A program made the translations under genes and the position numbers. From Candidatus Eiseniibacteriota bacterium (GTDB lineage Bacteria > Eisenbacteria > RBG-16-71-46 > CAIMUX01 > VGJL01), in NCBI GenBank assembly GCA_041946735.1, contig JBHGAY010000010.1, forward strand, positions 32,001 to 96,000: a DNA stretch of 64,000 bases. Reading direction: 5' to 3'. Under the pieces are notes generated by a model, which saw only the letters and a list, made by a program, of their open reading frames with translations, had not been told where the DNA came from and did not search any database. Below, piece after piece: positions 18,296-26,841 of the stretch (its first letter is position 1; each line of letters begins with the position of its first letter).

Positions 18296-19237
18296 ATGAT
18301 CAGGCCCCATCGAGTCGTAGGGGGTTTGCTCGGGCTCGCTGTCGGAGACGCGCTGGGCGTTCCGGTCGAGTTCGAGTCGAGAGAACAGAGGAGAGAGGAT
18401 CCGGTCCGCGAGCTCCGCGGAGGCGGCGTGCACGATCAGCCTCCCGGGACGTGGTCCGACGATACCGCTCTCACTTTTTGCACCGTCGAGGCGCTGCTCG
18501 GCGAATACAGCCTGGAGCGACTCGGCGGGCTTTTCGCCGGTTGGCTGCAAGAAGGCCGATGGACCGCGCGAGGAGAGGTGTTCGACGTCGGCGAAACGAC
18601 CCGCCAGGCGATCGAGCGGATCATCCGAGGCGTCTCTCCTCAGGTGAGCGGGTCGATCGACGAATCGAGCAACGGCAACGGCTCGCTCATGCGGATCCTG
18701 CCGGTCGCGCTCGCCTTCTCGCGATGGTCGATTCCATTGATGCTCGATCGCGTGCACGAAGCCTCGCGAATCACGCACGCGCACACGCGGTCGCAGATGG
18801 CGTGCGGCATTCTTTCCCTGATCGTCCGCAACCTCGTTTTTCAGCGCCCGGCCGGCGCTGCCTACCGCTACGCGATGGAAGACGCGGTGAAGTACTACGC
18901 GCAGCCGCCCTGGCGGATGGAGAGGCGAACCTTCTCACGGATCCTTCGCGGTTCGCTCGCCGACGTCCCGGCTGATGAGATCCTTTCCGGCGGCCACGTC
19001 ACCGAGACGATCGAGGCGGCGGTCTGGTCCCTGGTCACCACCCGCAACTACCGTGACTGCGTCGTCAAGGCGGTGAATCTCGGCGGCGACACCGACACGG
19101 TCGCCGCGATCGCCGGCGGATTGGCCGGTATCGCCCACGGGATCGACACCATACCGAAGGAGTGGCTCGACTCCCTCGCTCGGAAGGACGAGCTGCTCGC
19201 GCTCGCGAATCGTTTCGCCGTCGTCCTCTCTGCCTGA
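18296..19237 (+). CDS. ADP-ribosylglycohydrolase (DraG/ARH family)
   Basis: GDALGVPVEF, WSDDT, GNGSLMR, GGDTDT metal-binding motifs. Confidence 0.93.
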   Translation: MIRPHRVVGGLLGLAVGDALGVPVEFESREQRREDPVRELRGGGVHDQPPGTWSDDTALTFCTVEALLGEYSLERLGGLFAGWLQEGRWTARGEVFDVGETTRQAIERIIRGVSPQVSGSIDESSNGNGSLMRILPVALAFSRWSIPLMLDRVHEASRITHAHTRSQMACGILSLIVRNLVFQRPAGAAYRYAMEDAVKYYAQPPWRMERRTFSRILRGSLADVPADEILSGGHVTETIEAAVWSLVTTRNYRDCVVKAVNLGGDTDTVAAIAGGLAGIAHGIDTIPKEWLDSLARKDELLALANRFAVVLSA

Positions 19238-19248
19238 GAATCGGGAGG

Positions 19249-20598
19249 GTGACGGCAGAGAACTCCTCCTCGGCCGGGCGCGACTCCGCGCCCGGATCGC
19301 AGCCCGGATCGCCGCGTGGCGGGCGGGGCGTGTTGCGTCTGTCCCGGCAATCGCACATGTTCCGTCCGTTGCACGCGCTGCAGCAGTTGCGCTCGTCTTC
19401 CGGGCGGAAGCTCCTGTGGGTCGCGCTGCTCTACTTCGCGCAAGGGCTCCCGTTCGGCATCTTCCAGGAAGCGCTCCCCGTCTACTTTCGCGTCCATGGC
19501 GTGAGCCTGAAGCAGATCGGCTTCTTCTCGCTGCTCGGGCTTCCGTGGAGCGCAAAAGTCTTCTGGTCGCCGCTCGTCGACCGCTTCGGCCGGATGCAGG
19601 TATGGATTCTCGTTCCGCTGCTCGCCATGGCGGCGCTCCTGCTCGCGATCCCTTCGCTCGATCCTGCCCATCCCTCGCTCTGGCTCTGGACGGCGCTCCT
19701 CGCCTTCACGATGGCGTCGGCGACGCAGGACATCGCGATCGATGGCTACACGATCGGCTTCGTCGATCGCCGCCAGATGGGGACCGCCAACGGCATTCGA
19801 GTCTCCGCGTACCGGGTCGCCTTGATCCTCGGCGGCGGTGGCCTCGTCGCTCTGGCCGGCACGCTCAGCTGGCGGACGCTCTTCGCCGTTACGGCGCTCG
19901 TCTTCGTCGCGCTCGCCGCCTCGGTCGCGTTCACGCCGCGCATCCCGCGCGACCCGGCAGAGCGGCGCGATCCGATCCGTCCGTTGCTGCGGTGGCTCCG
20001 ACGGCCGGCCGCTCCCGCCGCGCTCGCGTTCATCCTCGTCTACAAGCTGGGCGACAGCGCGATGGGACCGATGGTCCGCCCGTTCTGGGTGGACCGCGGC
20101 ATGAGCCTCTTCGAGATCGGGATGATCACGACCACCTTCGGCGTCTTCGCGTCGATCGTCGGCGCGCTCGCCGGCGGGTGGCTCACCTCGCGGATCGGAA
20201 TCCTGCGCGGCTTGTGGGTCCTCGGCCTCTTCCAGGCGATTTCGAACCTGGTCTACGCCGGCGTCGCATTGGCCGGCGGAGGACGCGCCGGGATCTACAC
20301 CGCTTCGCTCTTCGAGTCGTTCTCGAGCGGCCTCGGGACGGCGGCGTTCCTCGCCTTCCTCATGTCGATCTGCGAGCGGGACCATGCGGCCACGCAGTAC
20401 GCGCTGCTCTCCGCTCTCTTCGGGTTCACCCGCTCGATCGCCGGAGGACTGAGCGGCTGGGGGACCGAGCGGATGGGCTACGCCCCCTACTTCGCCTTCA
20501 CGTTCCTCCTCGCGCTGCCCGCGTATGCGCTGTTGCCCTGGGTGAGCCGCTACCTGCGGGCCGCGCGCGCCGAGACGGAAGGAGAGGCGGGCGGCTGA
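19249..20598 (+). CDS. ampG: AmpG-like MFS transporter
   Basis: LYFAQGLP, LPWSAKVFWSPLVDR, SATQDIAIDG, YKLGD, ATQYALLS. Start is GTG 19249 or ATG 19357. Confidence 0.85.
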   Translation: MTAENSSSAGRDSAPGSQPGSPRGGRGVLRLSRQSHMFRPLHALQQLRSSSGRKLLWVALLYFAQGLPFGIFQEALPVYFRVHGVSLKQIGFFSLLGLPWSAKVFWSPLVDRFGRMQVWILVPLLAMAALLLAIPSLDPAHPSLWLWTALLAFTMASATQDIAIDGYTIGFVDRRQMGTANGIRVSAYRVALILGGGGLVALAGTLSWRTLFAVTALVFVALAASVAFTPRIPRDPAERRDPIRPLLRWLRRPAAPAALAFILVYKLGDSAMGPMVRPFWVDRGMSLFEIGMITTTFGVFASIVGALAGGWLTSRIGILRGLWVLGLFQAISNLVYAGVALAGGGRAGIYTASLFESFSSGLGTAAFLAFLMSICERDHAATQYALLSALFGFTRSIAGGLSGWGTERMGYAPYFAFTFLLALPAYALLPWVSRYLRAARAETEGEAGG

Positions 20599-20776
20599 CC
20601 GGCCGCGGCGCCGCCTCCGCTCGCGCGGTTTCCCCGCGGGATGATCTCCCCGGCGCCCGCTGGCGCCGTACGTCCGCTAGACTAGGCGTAGAGCAGGGCC
20701 GCGAAGGTCCAGCCATCGAATGCGAGCGAATCTGCTGCCTTGCGAACGTGCGAATGGTTGCGACCAAGGAGGCAAC

Positions 20777-22105
20777 ATGACAGGTCCTTCCGCCCGGCTC
20801 TCCCCGAGGCGTTCCTTCCTCGACAGGCTCGGCGTCCTCCCGGCTTTCCTGCTTCCCCTGCTTCCCCTTCTTCTCCTGCTTCCCATGTTGTCCCTGATTC
20901 TCTGCTCCTGCGAGGTGTCGCGGCGTGACATGGACGGGGATCGCGCAGCCCGAGCCGACACACTCAGCGACGTGTCGACACCCGCCGGCGGCTTCGATGA
21001 GAGCGACAGCGCCGCAATCGAGATGGGGAGGTTCGACGAAAGCTGGAAGGGGCCGGCTGGCTCTTGGCGTCCGCGCGGGACGGGCCGAGACTCCTCCGCC
21101 TCGGGCATGGCGAGGGCCTTGGCCGCCGCCGCTCCGTTCGACTCGACGGATGCGTTCTCGATCCTCCGCTTGCAGATCTCGCTCGATCGAGCCCGATTCT
21201 CGCCGGGCGTCGTGGACGGCCGCTGGGGGAAGAACACCGCGAAGGCGGTCTACTGGTACCAGCGCGCCCATGAGCTCCAGGCGACCGGGGTGCCCGATGC
21301 CGCGACTCTTCGCAGCCTCGAAGGGACGGAGGCGGGCGCCGCGTCGCTGGACCCTTTGGCGACCTACACCGTCCAGGCGTCCGACCTGATGGGGACGTTC
21401 GTGGACGTTCCATCTGACATCTACGAGAAGGCGAAGCTGTCCTGCCTCTGTTACCAGTCTCCTGCGGAACAGATCGCGGAGCGCTTCCACACGACCTGGC
21501 GCGCCCTGGCTGCCTGGAACCAAGGGATCGATCTTTCCAGGCTCCAGAGGGGGACGGTCCTACGCGTGCCACGCGTGGAGCCGATGCGCCTGCCGGGCGC
21601 CGGCGAGGACGTCGCGGAGAGGCAGACATCCGGCACGAGGCCGGCGCTGGGCGCGCCCGGCGCCGCGGGCTCCGCGGAAGGCGCCGCCCCTCCGACGATC
21701 GCGCGCGTGGTCGTCTCGAAGAAAGGCTTCTATACCCTCGCGCTCGATCCCCAGGGACGGATCCTCTACGAGTTCCCGTCGACCGTCGGATCGAAGTACG
21801 ACCCGTCGCCGAGCGAGACAGTCGAGGTCGATGCGATCGCCTGGAATCCCCACTTCCACTATCAGCCCGCGCTCTTCCACGAGGTGCCCGACACCGACCC
21901 GGATGCGATGCTCCCGCCTGGACCGAACTCCCCGGTCGGCCTCGTCTGGATCGACCTCTCGAAGCCGCACTATGGGATGCACGGGACGGCCTCGCCGGAG
22001 ACGATTGGGTACGTGACCTCGCACGGATGCGTCCGCCTGACCAATTGGGATGCGATCTTTCTGGCGCAGCATCTCTCCAAGGGGACGCCGGTCGAGTTCC
22101 AGTAG
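20777..22105 (+). CDS. L,D-transpeptidase (YkuD) with peptidoglycan-binding and LysM-like domains; probable lipoprotein
   Basis: AAGGAGG SD, possible lipobox LCSC, FSPGVVDGRWGKNT, IAERFHTT..L..WN, catalytic GMHGT...SHGCVRLTN. Confidence 0.9.
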   Translation: MTGPSARLSPRRSFLDRLGVLPAFLLPLLPLLLLLPMLSLILCSCEVSRRDMDGDRAARADTLSDVSTPAGGFDESDSAAIEMGRFDESWKGPAGSWRPRGTGRDSSASGMARALAAAAPFDSTDAFSILRLQISLDRARFSPGVVDGRWGKNTAKAVYWYQRAHELQATGVPDAATLRSLEGTEAGAASLDPLATYTVQASDLMGTFVDVPSDIYEKAKLSCLCYQSPAEQIAERFHTTWRALAAWNQGIDLSRLQRGTVLRVPRVEPMRLPGAGEDVAERQTSGTRPALGAPGAAGSAEGAAPPTIARVVVSKKGFYTLALDPQGRILYEFPSTVGSKYDPSPSETVEVDAIAWNPHFHYQPALFHEVPDTDPDAMLPPGPNSPVGLVWIDLSKPHYGMHGTASPETIGYVTSHGCVRLTNWDAIFLAQHLSKGTPVEFQ

Positions 22106-22246
22106 TCCCGCTCGGTCTCGTCGCGGCGTGGCGGGGGGGCGCGGAATCGAGCCGGGGCCGCCGGGGCCGCCGAGCGGGGGGCGGGTGGCGGCGGCCGGCC
22201 GGCTCGTTGCTCCGGTCCGGCTGCACCGTTTATCGTCCCTCCACGT

Positions 22247-24004
22247 ATGCAGCCGCAGCGCAAGCGAAGAGGGAAGGAAAGGATCGGGGCGAATCCTCGC
22301 TCGCTCCTCACGGGTGGGGCGCGCGAGCTCGCGATCGTCGCCGGTCTCGCGATCCTCCTCTACGTGAACCTCCTCGGCAACGCGCTCGTGTTCGATGACG
22401 CGGAGCTGATCCGCAAGAACGAAGCGCTCCACCGCCCGTTCGATCTCGAGGCGATCTTCGGCGAGAGGTACTGGGGGAGCGTGGTCGAGAACGACACGCT
22501 CTACCGGCCGCTGACGAGCCTCACCTTCGCCTGGAACTATGGGCTGAACCGCGCGCTCGGACTGCCGGGCGACGCGCCGGCCGGCTATCACGCCGCCAAC
22601 GTCCTTCTCCACGGGATCGTGAGCGGTCTCGTCCTGCTCCTGCTGCGGCGCGCCGGGATGCGACACGGGGGCGCGCTCGCCGGCGCGCTGCTGTTCGCGT
22701 CGCTGCCGATCCACACCGAGGCGGTCGCGTCGGTCGTCGGCCGCGCCGATCTTCTCGCCGCGCTTTTCGGGATCGTGTTCCTCCTGGCGCACCGCGGACG
22801 GTGGCGCCTGGCGGCCGCGCCAGCGGCGCTCCTTCTCGCTCTCTTCTCCAAGGAGTCCGCGGTCGCCTTCGCCGTGGTGGCCCTCTGGGGCGACCTGCTC
22901 CTCGGCGCTCCGGACCGCGGTCTCGCCCGATACGCTTCCTACGCTGCGGCGATCGCGCTCTGGCTCGCCGTCCGGACTGCCGTCGTTCACGGCACGACGA
23001 TGAAGATCCTTCCGCTCGACAACCCGCTCGTGACCGCCGCGGCAGCCGATCGGATCGCGACGGCTGGCGCCGTCCAGCTCCGCTACCTCCTCCTCGAGCT
23101 GCTGCCGGTCCGGCTCTCCTCCGACTACTCGCTCGCGCAGATCCCGCTCGCCCGCCCGTTCGCTCCCGCCTTCCTCGGCTTCGTGGTCGTCCTCGCTGCC
23201 GCCGCGTTCGCCGTCTGGCGCCTGCGCCGTTCGGCTCCGCTCGGCGCCTTCGCGATCGGTGCGTACGCGATCCTCTTTCTCCCGGTTTCGAACTTCCTCG
23301 TGACGATCGGGACGATCCTCGGGGAGCGGCTCGCCTACGCGCCGTCGATCTTCCTCTGCGCGATTCTGGGGCTGCTCGCCGTCGCGCTCGAGATTCGGAT
23401 CGGCAAGCGGGGGACCGTCGCCCTCGTCGCGACCATCCTCGTCCTCTTCGCGGGCCGCACCGTCGCGCGGAACTCGACGTGGAAGAGCGAGGACTCCTTC
23501 TACCGGACGCAAATCGCGACCGCCCCGAACAGCGCGAAAGCAAACTTCAACTTCGCTCGCTTGCTTCAGGAGCAGGGAAAGTCGGGCGAAGCGATCGAGC
23601 GCTACCGGCGAGCCGTCGCCATCTGGCCGAACTACGTCGACGCCTGGAACAACCTGGGGGCCGTGCTGAAGGACTCCGGGCGGTTCGACGAGGCCGTTCC
23701 GGCGCTGCGCCGGGCGGCGCAGATCCAGCCCAGCTATCCACGGCCCTACTTCAACCTCGGTCAGATCTACCACCTGCGGGGAGACTTCGACGCCGCGATG
23801 GAGATGTACCGCATCGCGGCGCGGCTGAATCCACGCAACGCGGCGATCCTGTCCAACATGGCGGCGATCCACTTCGATCGCGGCGAGTGGGACGAGGCCG
23901 AGGCGCTCTGGCGCCAGGCGCTTGCGATCGACCCTGCCTACGAGAACGCGCGCCGAAACCTGCAGCAGCTTCAGGACGAGCGGAAGCGGACCGCGAGGCC
24001 GTAG
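22247..24004 (+). CDS. TMTC-like GT-C membrane protein with C-terminal TPRs
   Basis: VFDD loop, YRPL, HTEAVASVVGRADLL, SKESA, LSSDYS, ERLAYAPS, then about five TPRs. Confidence 0.85.
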   Translation: MQPQRKRRGKERIGANPRSLLTGGARELAIVAGLAILLYVNLLGNALVFDDAELIRKNEALHRPFDLEAIFGERYWGSVVENDTLYRPLTSLTFAWNYGLNRALGLPGDAPAGYHAANVLLHGIVSGLVLLLLRRAGMRHGGALAGALLFASLPIHTEAVASVVGRADLLAALFGIVFLLAHRGRWRLAAAPAALLLALFSKESAVAFAVVALWGDLLLGAPDRGLARYASYAAAIALWLAVRTAVVHGTTMKILPLDNPLVTAAAADRIATAGAVQLRYLLLELLPVRLSSDYSLAQIPLARPFAPAFLGFVVVLAAAAFAVWRLRRSAPLGAFAIGAYAILFLPVSNFLVTIGTILGERLAYAPSIFLCAILGLLAVALEIRIGKRGTVALVATILVLFAGRTVARNSTWKSEDSFYRTQIATAPNSAKANFNFARLLQEQGKSGEAIERYRRAVAIWPNYVDAWNNLGAVLKDSGRFDEAVPALRRAAQIQPSYPRPYFNLGQIYHLRGDFDAAMEMYRIAARLNPRNAAILSNMAAIHFDRGEWDEAEALWRQALAIDPAYENARRNLQQLQDERKRTARP

Positions 24005-24006
24005 CG

Positions 24007-24444
24007 CTACAGCGGGTGAGCCGGCCCACCCGCGATCGTGTCGCCCCCCGCGCTGGTCAGACGTGCGCTTACGGTAGTCAGATAACGCAGGACGAGTGTC
24101 GCTTGACGCGAGTCGAGCTTCGCCCGAGGCGCCATCCTCTCCATCACCGGTTCCCACCGCTCGGTAGCAACCGCCTGCGGGCGGGGGAGCTGGTGGCATC
24201 CGGCGCACTTCAGGAGATAGAGACGGTACCCCTCGTCCATGTCGGCGGCCGTCGCGCCGGGCCATCGCGCCGCCGCCCATGCGTCGTCGAGCGGGGTCGG
24301 CTCGAAGCGGGCCGCGGCGCAGGCGAGGATCGCGGCGGCGGCGACCGCGGCCGCGAGCGGCAGAGCCGCCGGGAACGGCAACCGCGTCGCGGGCGGCAGC
24401 GCCGCCGCGCGGCGCAACCGGACGATGCGGAGCGCCACCCTCAC
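24007..24444 (-). CDS. Small monoheme cytochrome c, probable lipoprotein
   Basis: GTG start overlaps the upstream stop (GTGA). Lipobox-like AILAC, heme motif KCAGCH, candidate distal Met in VMERM. Confidence 0.8.
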   Translation of the reverse strand: MRVALRIVRLRRAAALPPATRLPFPAALPLAAAVAAAAILACAAARFEPTPLDDAWAAARWPGATAADMDEGYRLYLLKCAGCHQLPRPQAVATERWEPVMERMAPRAKLDSRQATLVLRYLTTVSARLTSAGGDTIAGGPAHPL

Positions 24445-25352
24445 AGATCCACCCCGAGCAGCAGCCGCGCTTCGACCCGCTCGTGCCGCGCAAGGTCCAG
24501 GCCGTCCTTCGTCTTGCCCTCGAAAGCGGCGATCTGCGCGAGGACGGTCGCCGTCAGCCAGAACGAATCGGCCGCGTAGCGGAACACCGGCCCCGTGAAG
24601 AGGACGCTGCTTTCCAAGCCCTCCCCGGCGGGGATTTCGTTGACGCTGCGAACCTCGATGCCGCCGGCGACCGCGGGACCGACGAAGCGGCAGATGCCCA
24701 GGTCGCCCTCGAGCGCCGCCTCCCGCTCGGTCTCGGCCGCCGCGTAGTCCCACTCGTGCTCGAAGACCGCGTTGAACGCGCCGTACCAGTCGCCTCTGCG
24801 GGAATCGAGGATCAACTTCCCCTCGATCTCCGACTCCGCTGGACCGAAGGACGGCTCGACGTAGAGCGCGACACCAAGCGGCTGCGCCACCGGATCGGCG
24901 AGTTTGTACTTCCACTCCAGGCTGATTCCGTTCCATTCGAACTCGGAATCGCGCGTTCCTCCCGCGTCCTCTCTCTGGATGGCGGTCCAGTTGAGGTAGA
25001 AGGCGGCTTGCAGCCGGTCCGTCACTCCCGCCTCCAGCTCGAGGCGATGGTCGACACGCGCGTAGAAGCGCTCCCTTCCGAGGCGGAAGGTGGTCCACGG
25101 CTCGAGCTCGACGGCGCCCTCGTTCAGGACGTCGGAGCCGTAGACGTATCCGAAGTTGCGGATCGACGCGCTCGCCGGCTCCGCGCCGATCGTGAGGGTG
25201 AACGTGAGCGCGACTCCGAGCGCAACCACGAGTCCGGGCGCGAGCCCGAGTCCGAGCGCGAGCGCGCGCCCTAGCGCGAAGACGCGCGGGAGCGCGGGGG
25301 CAAGTGGGGAGAAGGCGACACTCGCTCTGATTGGCCTTGCGATCTTTGACAT
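24441..25352 (-). CDS. Outer-membrane beta-barrel protein (DUF6662-like)
   Basis: Signal peptide, then RNFGYVYGSDVL..G.VELEPWTT, LELEAGVTDRLQAAFYLN, amphipathic strands and C-terminal ARLLLGVDL. GGAGG directly upstream. Confidence 0.7.
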   Translation of the reverse strand: MSKIARPIRASVAFSPLAPALPRVFALGRALALGLGLAPGLVVALGVALTFTLTIGAEPASASIRNFGYVYGSDVLNEGAVELEPWTTFRLGRERFYARVDHRLELEAGVTDRLQAAFYLNWTAIQREDAGGTRDSEFEWNGISLEWKYKLADPVAQPLGVALYVEPSFGPAESEIEGKLILDSRRGDWYGAFNAVFEHEWDYAAAETEREAALEGDLGICRFVGPAVAGGIEVRSVNEIPAGEGLESSVLFTGPVFRYAADSFWLTATVLAQIAAFEGKTKDGLDLARHERVEARLLLGVDL

Positions 25353-25434
25353 CCTCCACCTTCTTTCCTGGTGCCCTCTCGGCGGCAGGCGAAGCTGACG
25401 CGAGGCGGGGGTTCGGGTAAGGGCTCGGGGTGCA

Positions 25435-25477
25435 GGACCGCTGGCCTCTGGCTTCTGGTCTCGGGGCTCCTGGCTTG
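25435..25477 (-). repeat. Non-coding heptamer array CAAGCCA-G-GAGCCCC-GAGACCA-GAAGCCA-GAGGCCA-GCGGTCC
   Basis: 7-nt periodicity read directly, between the Com-like gene and the beta-barrel gene. Confidence 0.75.
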
Positions 25478-25526
25478 TCGGCAGCCTCCGGCGAGGGAGG
25501 CGGGATTGGCGACGGAATCGCCGCCC

Positions 25527-25775
25527 CTAGGTCCGGATTCGTGAAGATGCGGGTTCGATGCCGATCTCGATCTCCACCGTGCGCTTGCAGCGGCGGCATT
25601 TGAGTTCGAGGACGGAGCCCCGGCGTATCGCAAGGAGGCTGCCGCAGGCGCAGCGGACATCGCTCCCCGGCAGGGATGCGGACGCCTCTCCGCAGTGGTC
25701 GCAAAGCAGTCTGTTCCCTCGGGAAAGGGGAGCTCGTTTCTGGGGGCTCGTCTTCTCGGTCGGTCCGTCGAACAA
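25527..25775 (-). CDS. Small Cys-rich zinc-ribbon protein, Com (phage Mu)-like
   Basis: 82 aa, TTG start with GAGGGAGGA SD. CDHC, then VRCACGSLLA...LELKCRRCKRTVEI, matching the RC..C..LLA...IKC.RC pattern of Com-family proteins. Confidence 0.7.
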   Translation of the reverse strand: MFDGPTEKTSPQKRAPLSRGNRLLCDHCGEASASLPGSDVRCACGSLLAIRRGSVLELKCRRCKRTVEIEIGIEPASSRIRT

Positions 25776-25797
25776 CGCCTGTCCTCCCTCTTACCTA

Positions 25798-25814
25798 TTG
25801 AGACAAGGTCTCAA
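25798..25814. promoter_or_regulatory. Perfect inverted repeat TTGAGAC-AAG-GTCTCAA; Fur-box-like operator candidate
   Basis: 7-3-7 palindrome in a locally AT-rich patch about 22 nt upstream of the Com-like start, preceded on the minus strand by a TTGCGT -35-like hexamer. Confidence 0.6.
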
Positions 25815-26156
25815 CACAACGCAACCTGCGGAGACTACCGGCGGCCGGGCCGATCGTCAAGGGACGGACGAAAGGATTTCGCGGAGGATCGCCGCGCCGC
25901 CAGCGCGGAGCCGGCAGTGCGCAGCCGCCCGCGGGCAGCCGCCCGCGGGCGCCGCCAGCGCGCGCGCCGCCAGCGCTCAGTCGGCAGCGCGCAGCCGCCC
26001 ACGCGCTGTCTCCCTGGAGCGCGGCCACGGCGCCGGGCGCTCCCCTGAGGCGTCGCACCGCCGCAATGGGGCCGTGCCGAGTTGAATTGCCATGCGAGAG
26101 GACTAGGCTTGGCAGTGGGCGATCCGACGGGGCGGACGCCCAAAGGGAGGTTCGAA

Positions 26157-26828
26157 ATGCGCGGCACGAGCTTCTCGAGATCTCGGCCGCTCCATGCGGC
26201 CCACACCGCCCGGCTCTTTTCCCTCCTCGTCGCTCTCGGCTCGTTGCCTGCGGGGCAAGCGGCGCTCGCCGAGGAGCAGACCTGGTCCTTCCAGACGGAG
26301 ACATGGCAGCTCGAGATGGGTCGCAAGCCGGTGCCCCCCATCCCGCTCGAAGCTCCGGAAACGATGGAGCAGATGAAGTCCAAGCCGGGCATGCTGGCGT
26401 ACCTCGCGTCCAATGGCAATCTCGTCGTGCAGCGGGTTCGCGACACGCAGGAGACGATGGTCTGGTTCTCCGGGAGAATCGGACCGATCGCAAGCCTGGA
26501 CGAGCATGCCGACGATACGTTCCTCTGGCCGCAGACCCATCGCCTCGTGCTCCTCATCTCCGGAGGCGGAGTCGTCCCGGTCCGCGAGATTCTCGCGATG
26601 AAGGGGTTCACGCTATCGACATTCGCCTGCCAGATCGCGTTCCTCTATCCATCCAAGAACCCGATCGCGTACCGGGACATCATGATGGAATCGCCGAGAG
26701 GGAAGATCTGCTCCATCTACCTCGGATTCCCGAAGACCTTCGATCCGACGAAGGCCGAGGAGATCGATCTCCTTCCCAAGGAGGACGTCGAGAAGAAGGA
26801 CGCCGGGAAAGGGGGTGACGGCCAGTAG
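26157..26828 (+). CDS. Hypothetical secreted protein
   Basis: GGGAGG SD, signal peptide ending AALA-EEQ, coding-like codon usage. No family recognised. Confidence 0.7.
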   Translation: MRGTSFSRSRPLHAAHTARLFSLLVALGSLPAGQAALAEEQTWSFQTETWQLEMGRKPVPPIPLEAPETMEQMKSKPGMLAYLASNGNLVVQRVRDTQETMVWFSGRIGPIASLDEHADDTFLWPQTHRLVLLISGGGVVPVREILAMKGFTLSTFACQIAFLYPSKNPIAYRDIMMESPRGKICSIYLGFPKTFDPTKAEEIDLLPKEDVEKKDAGKGGDGQ

Positions 26829-26841
26829 CCACCAGCGCGCG

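Noticed and set aside
24007..25704. 565-aa ORF as a single large cytochrome
   Set aside because: Only the last 145 codons look like a real protein. The rest overlaps the beta-barrel and Com-like genes in other frames.
25527..25775. Com-like gene as evidence of a Mu-like prophage
   Set aside because: No mom/methylase, transposase, structural or integrase genes nearby. The neighbours are envelope and redox genes.
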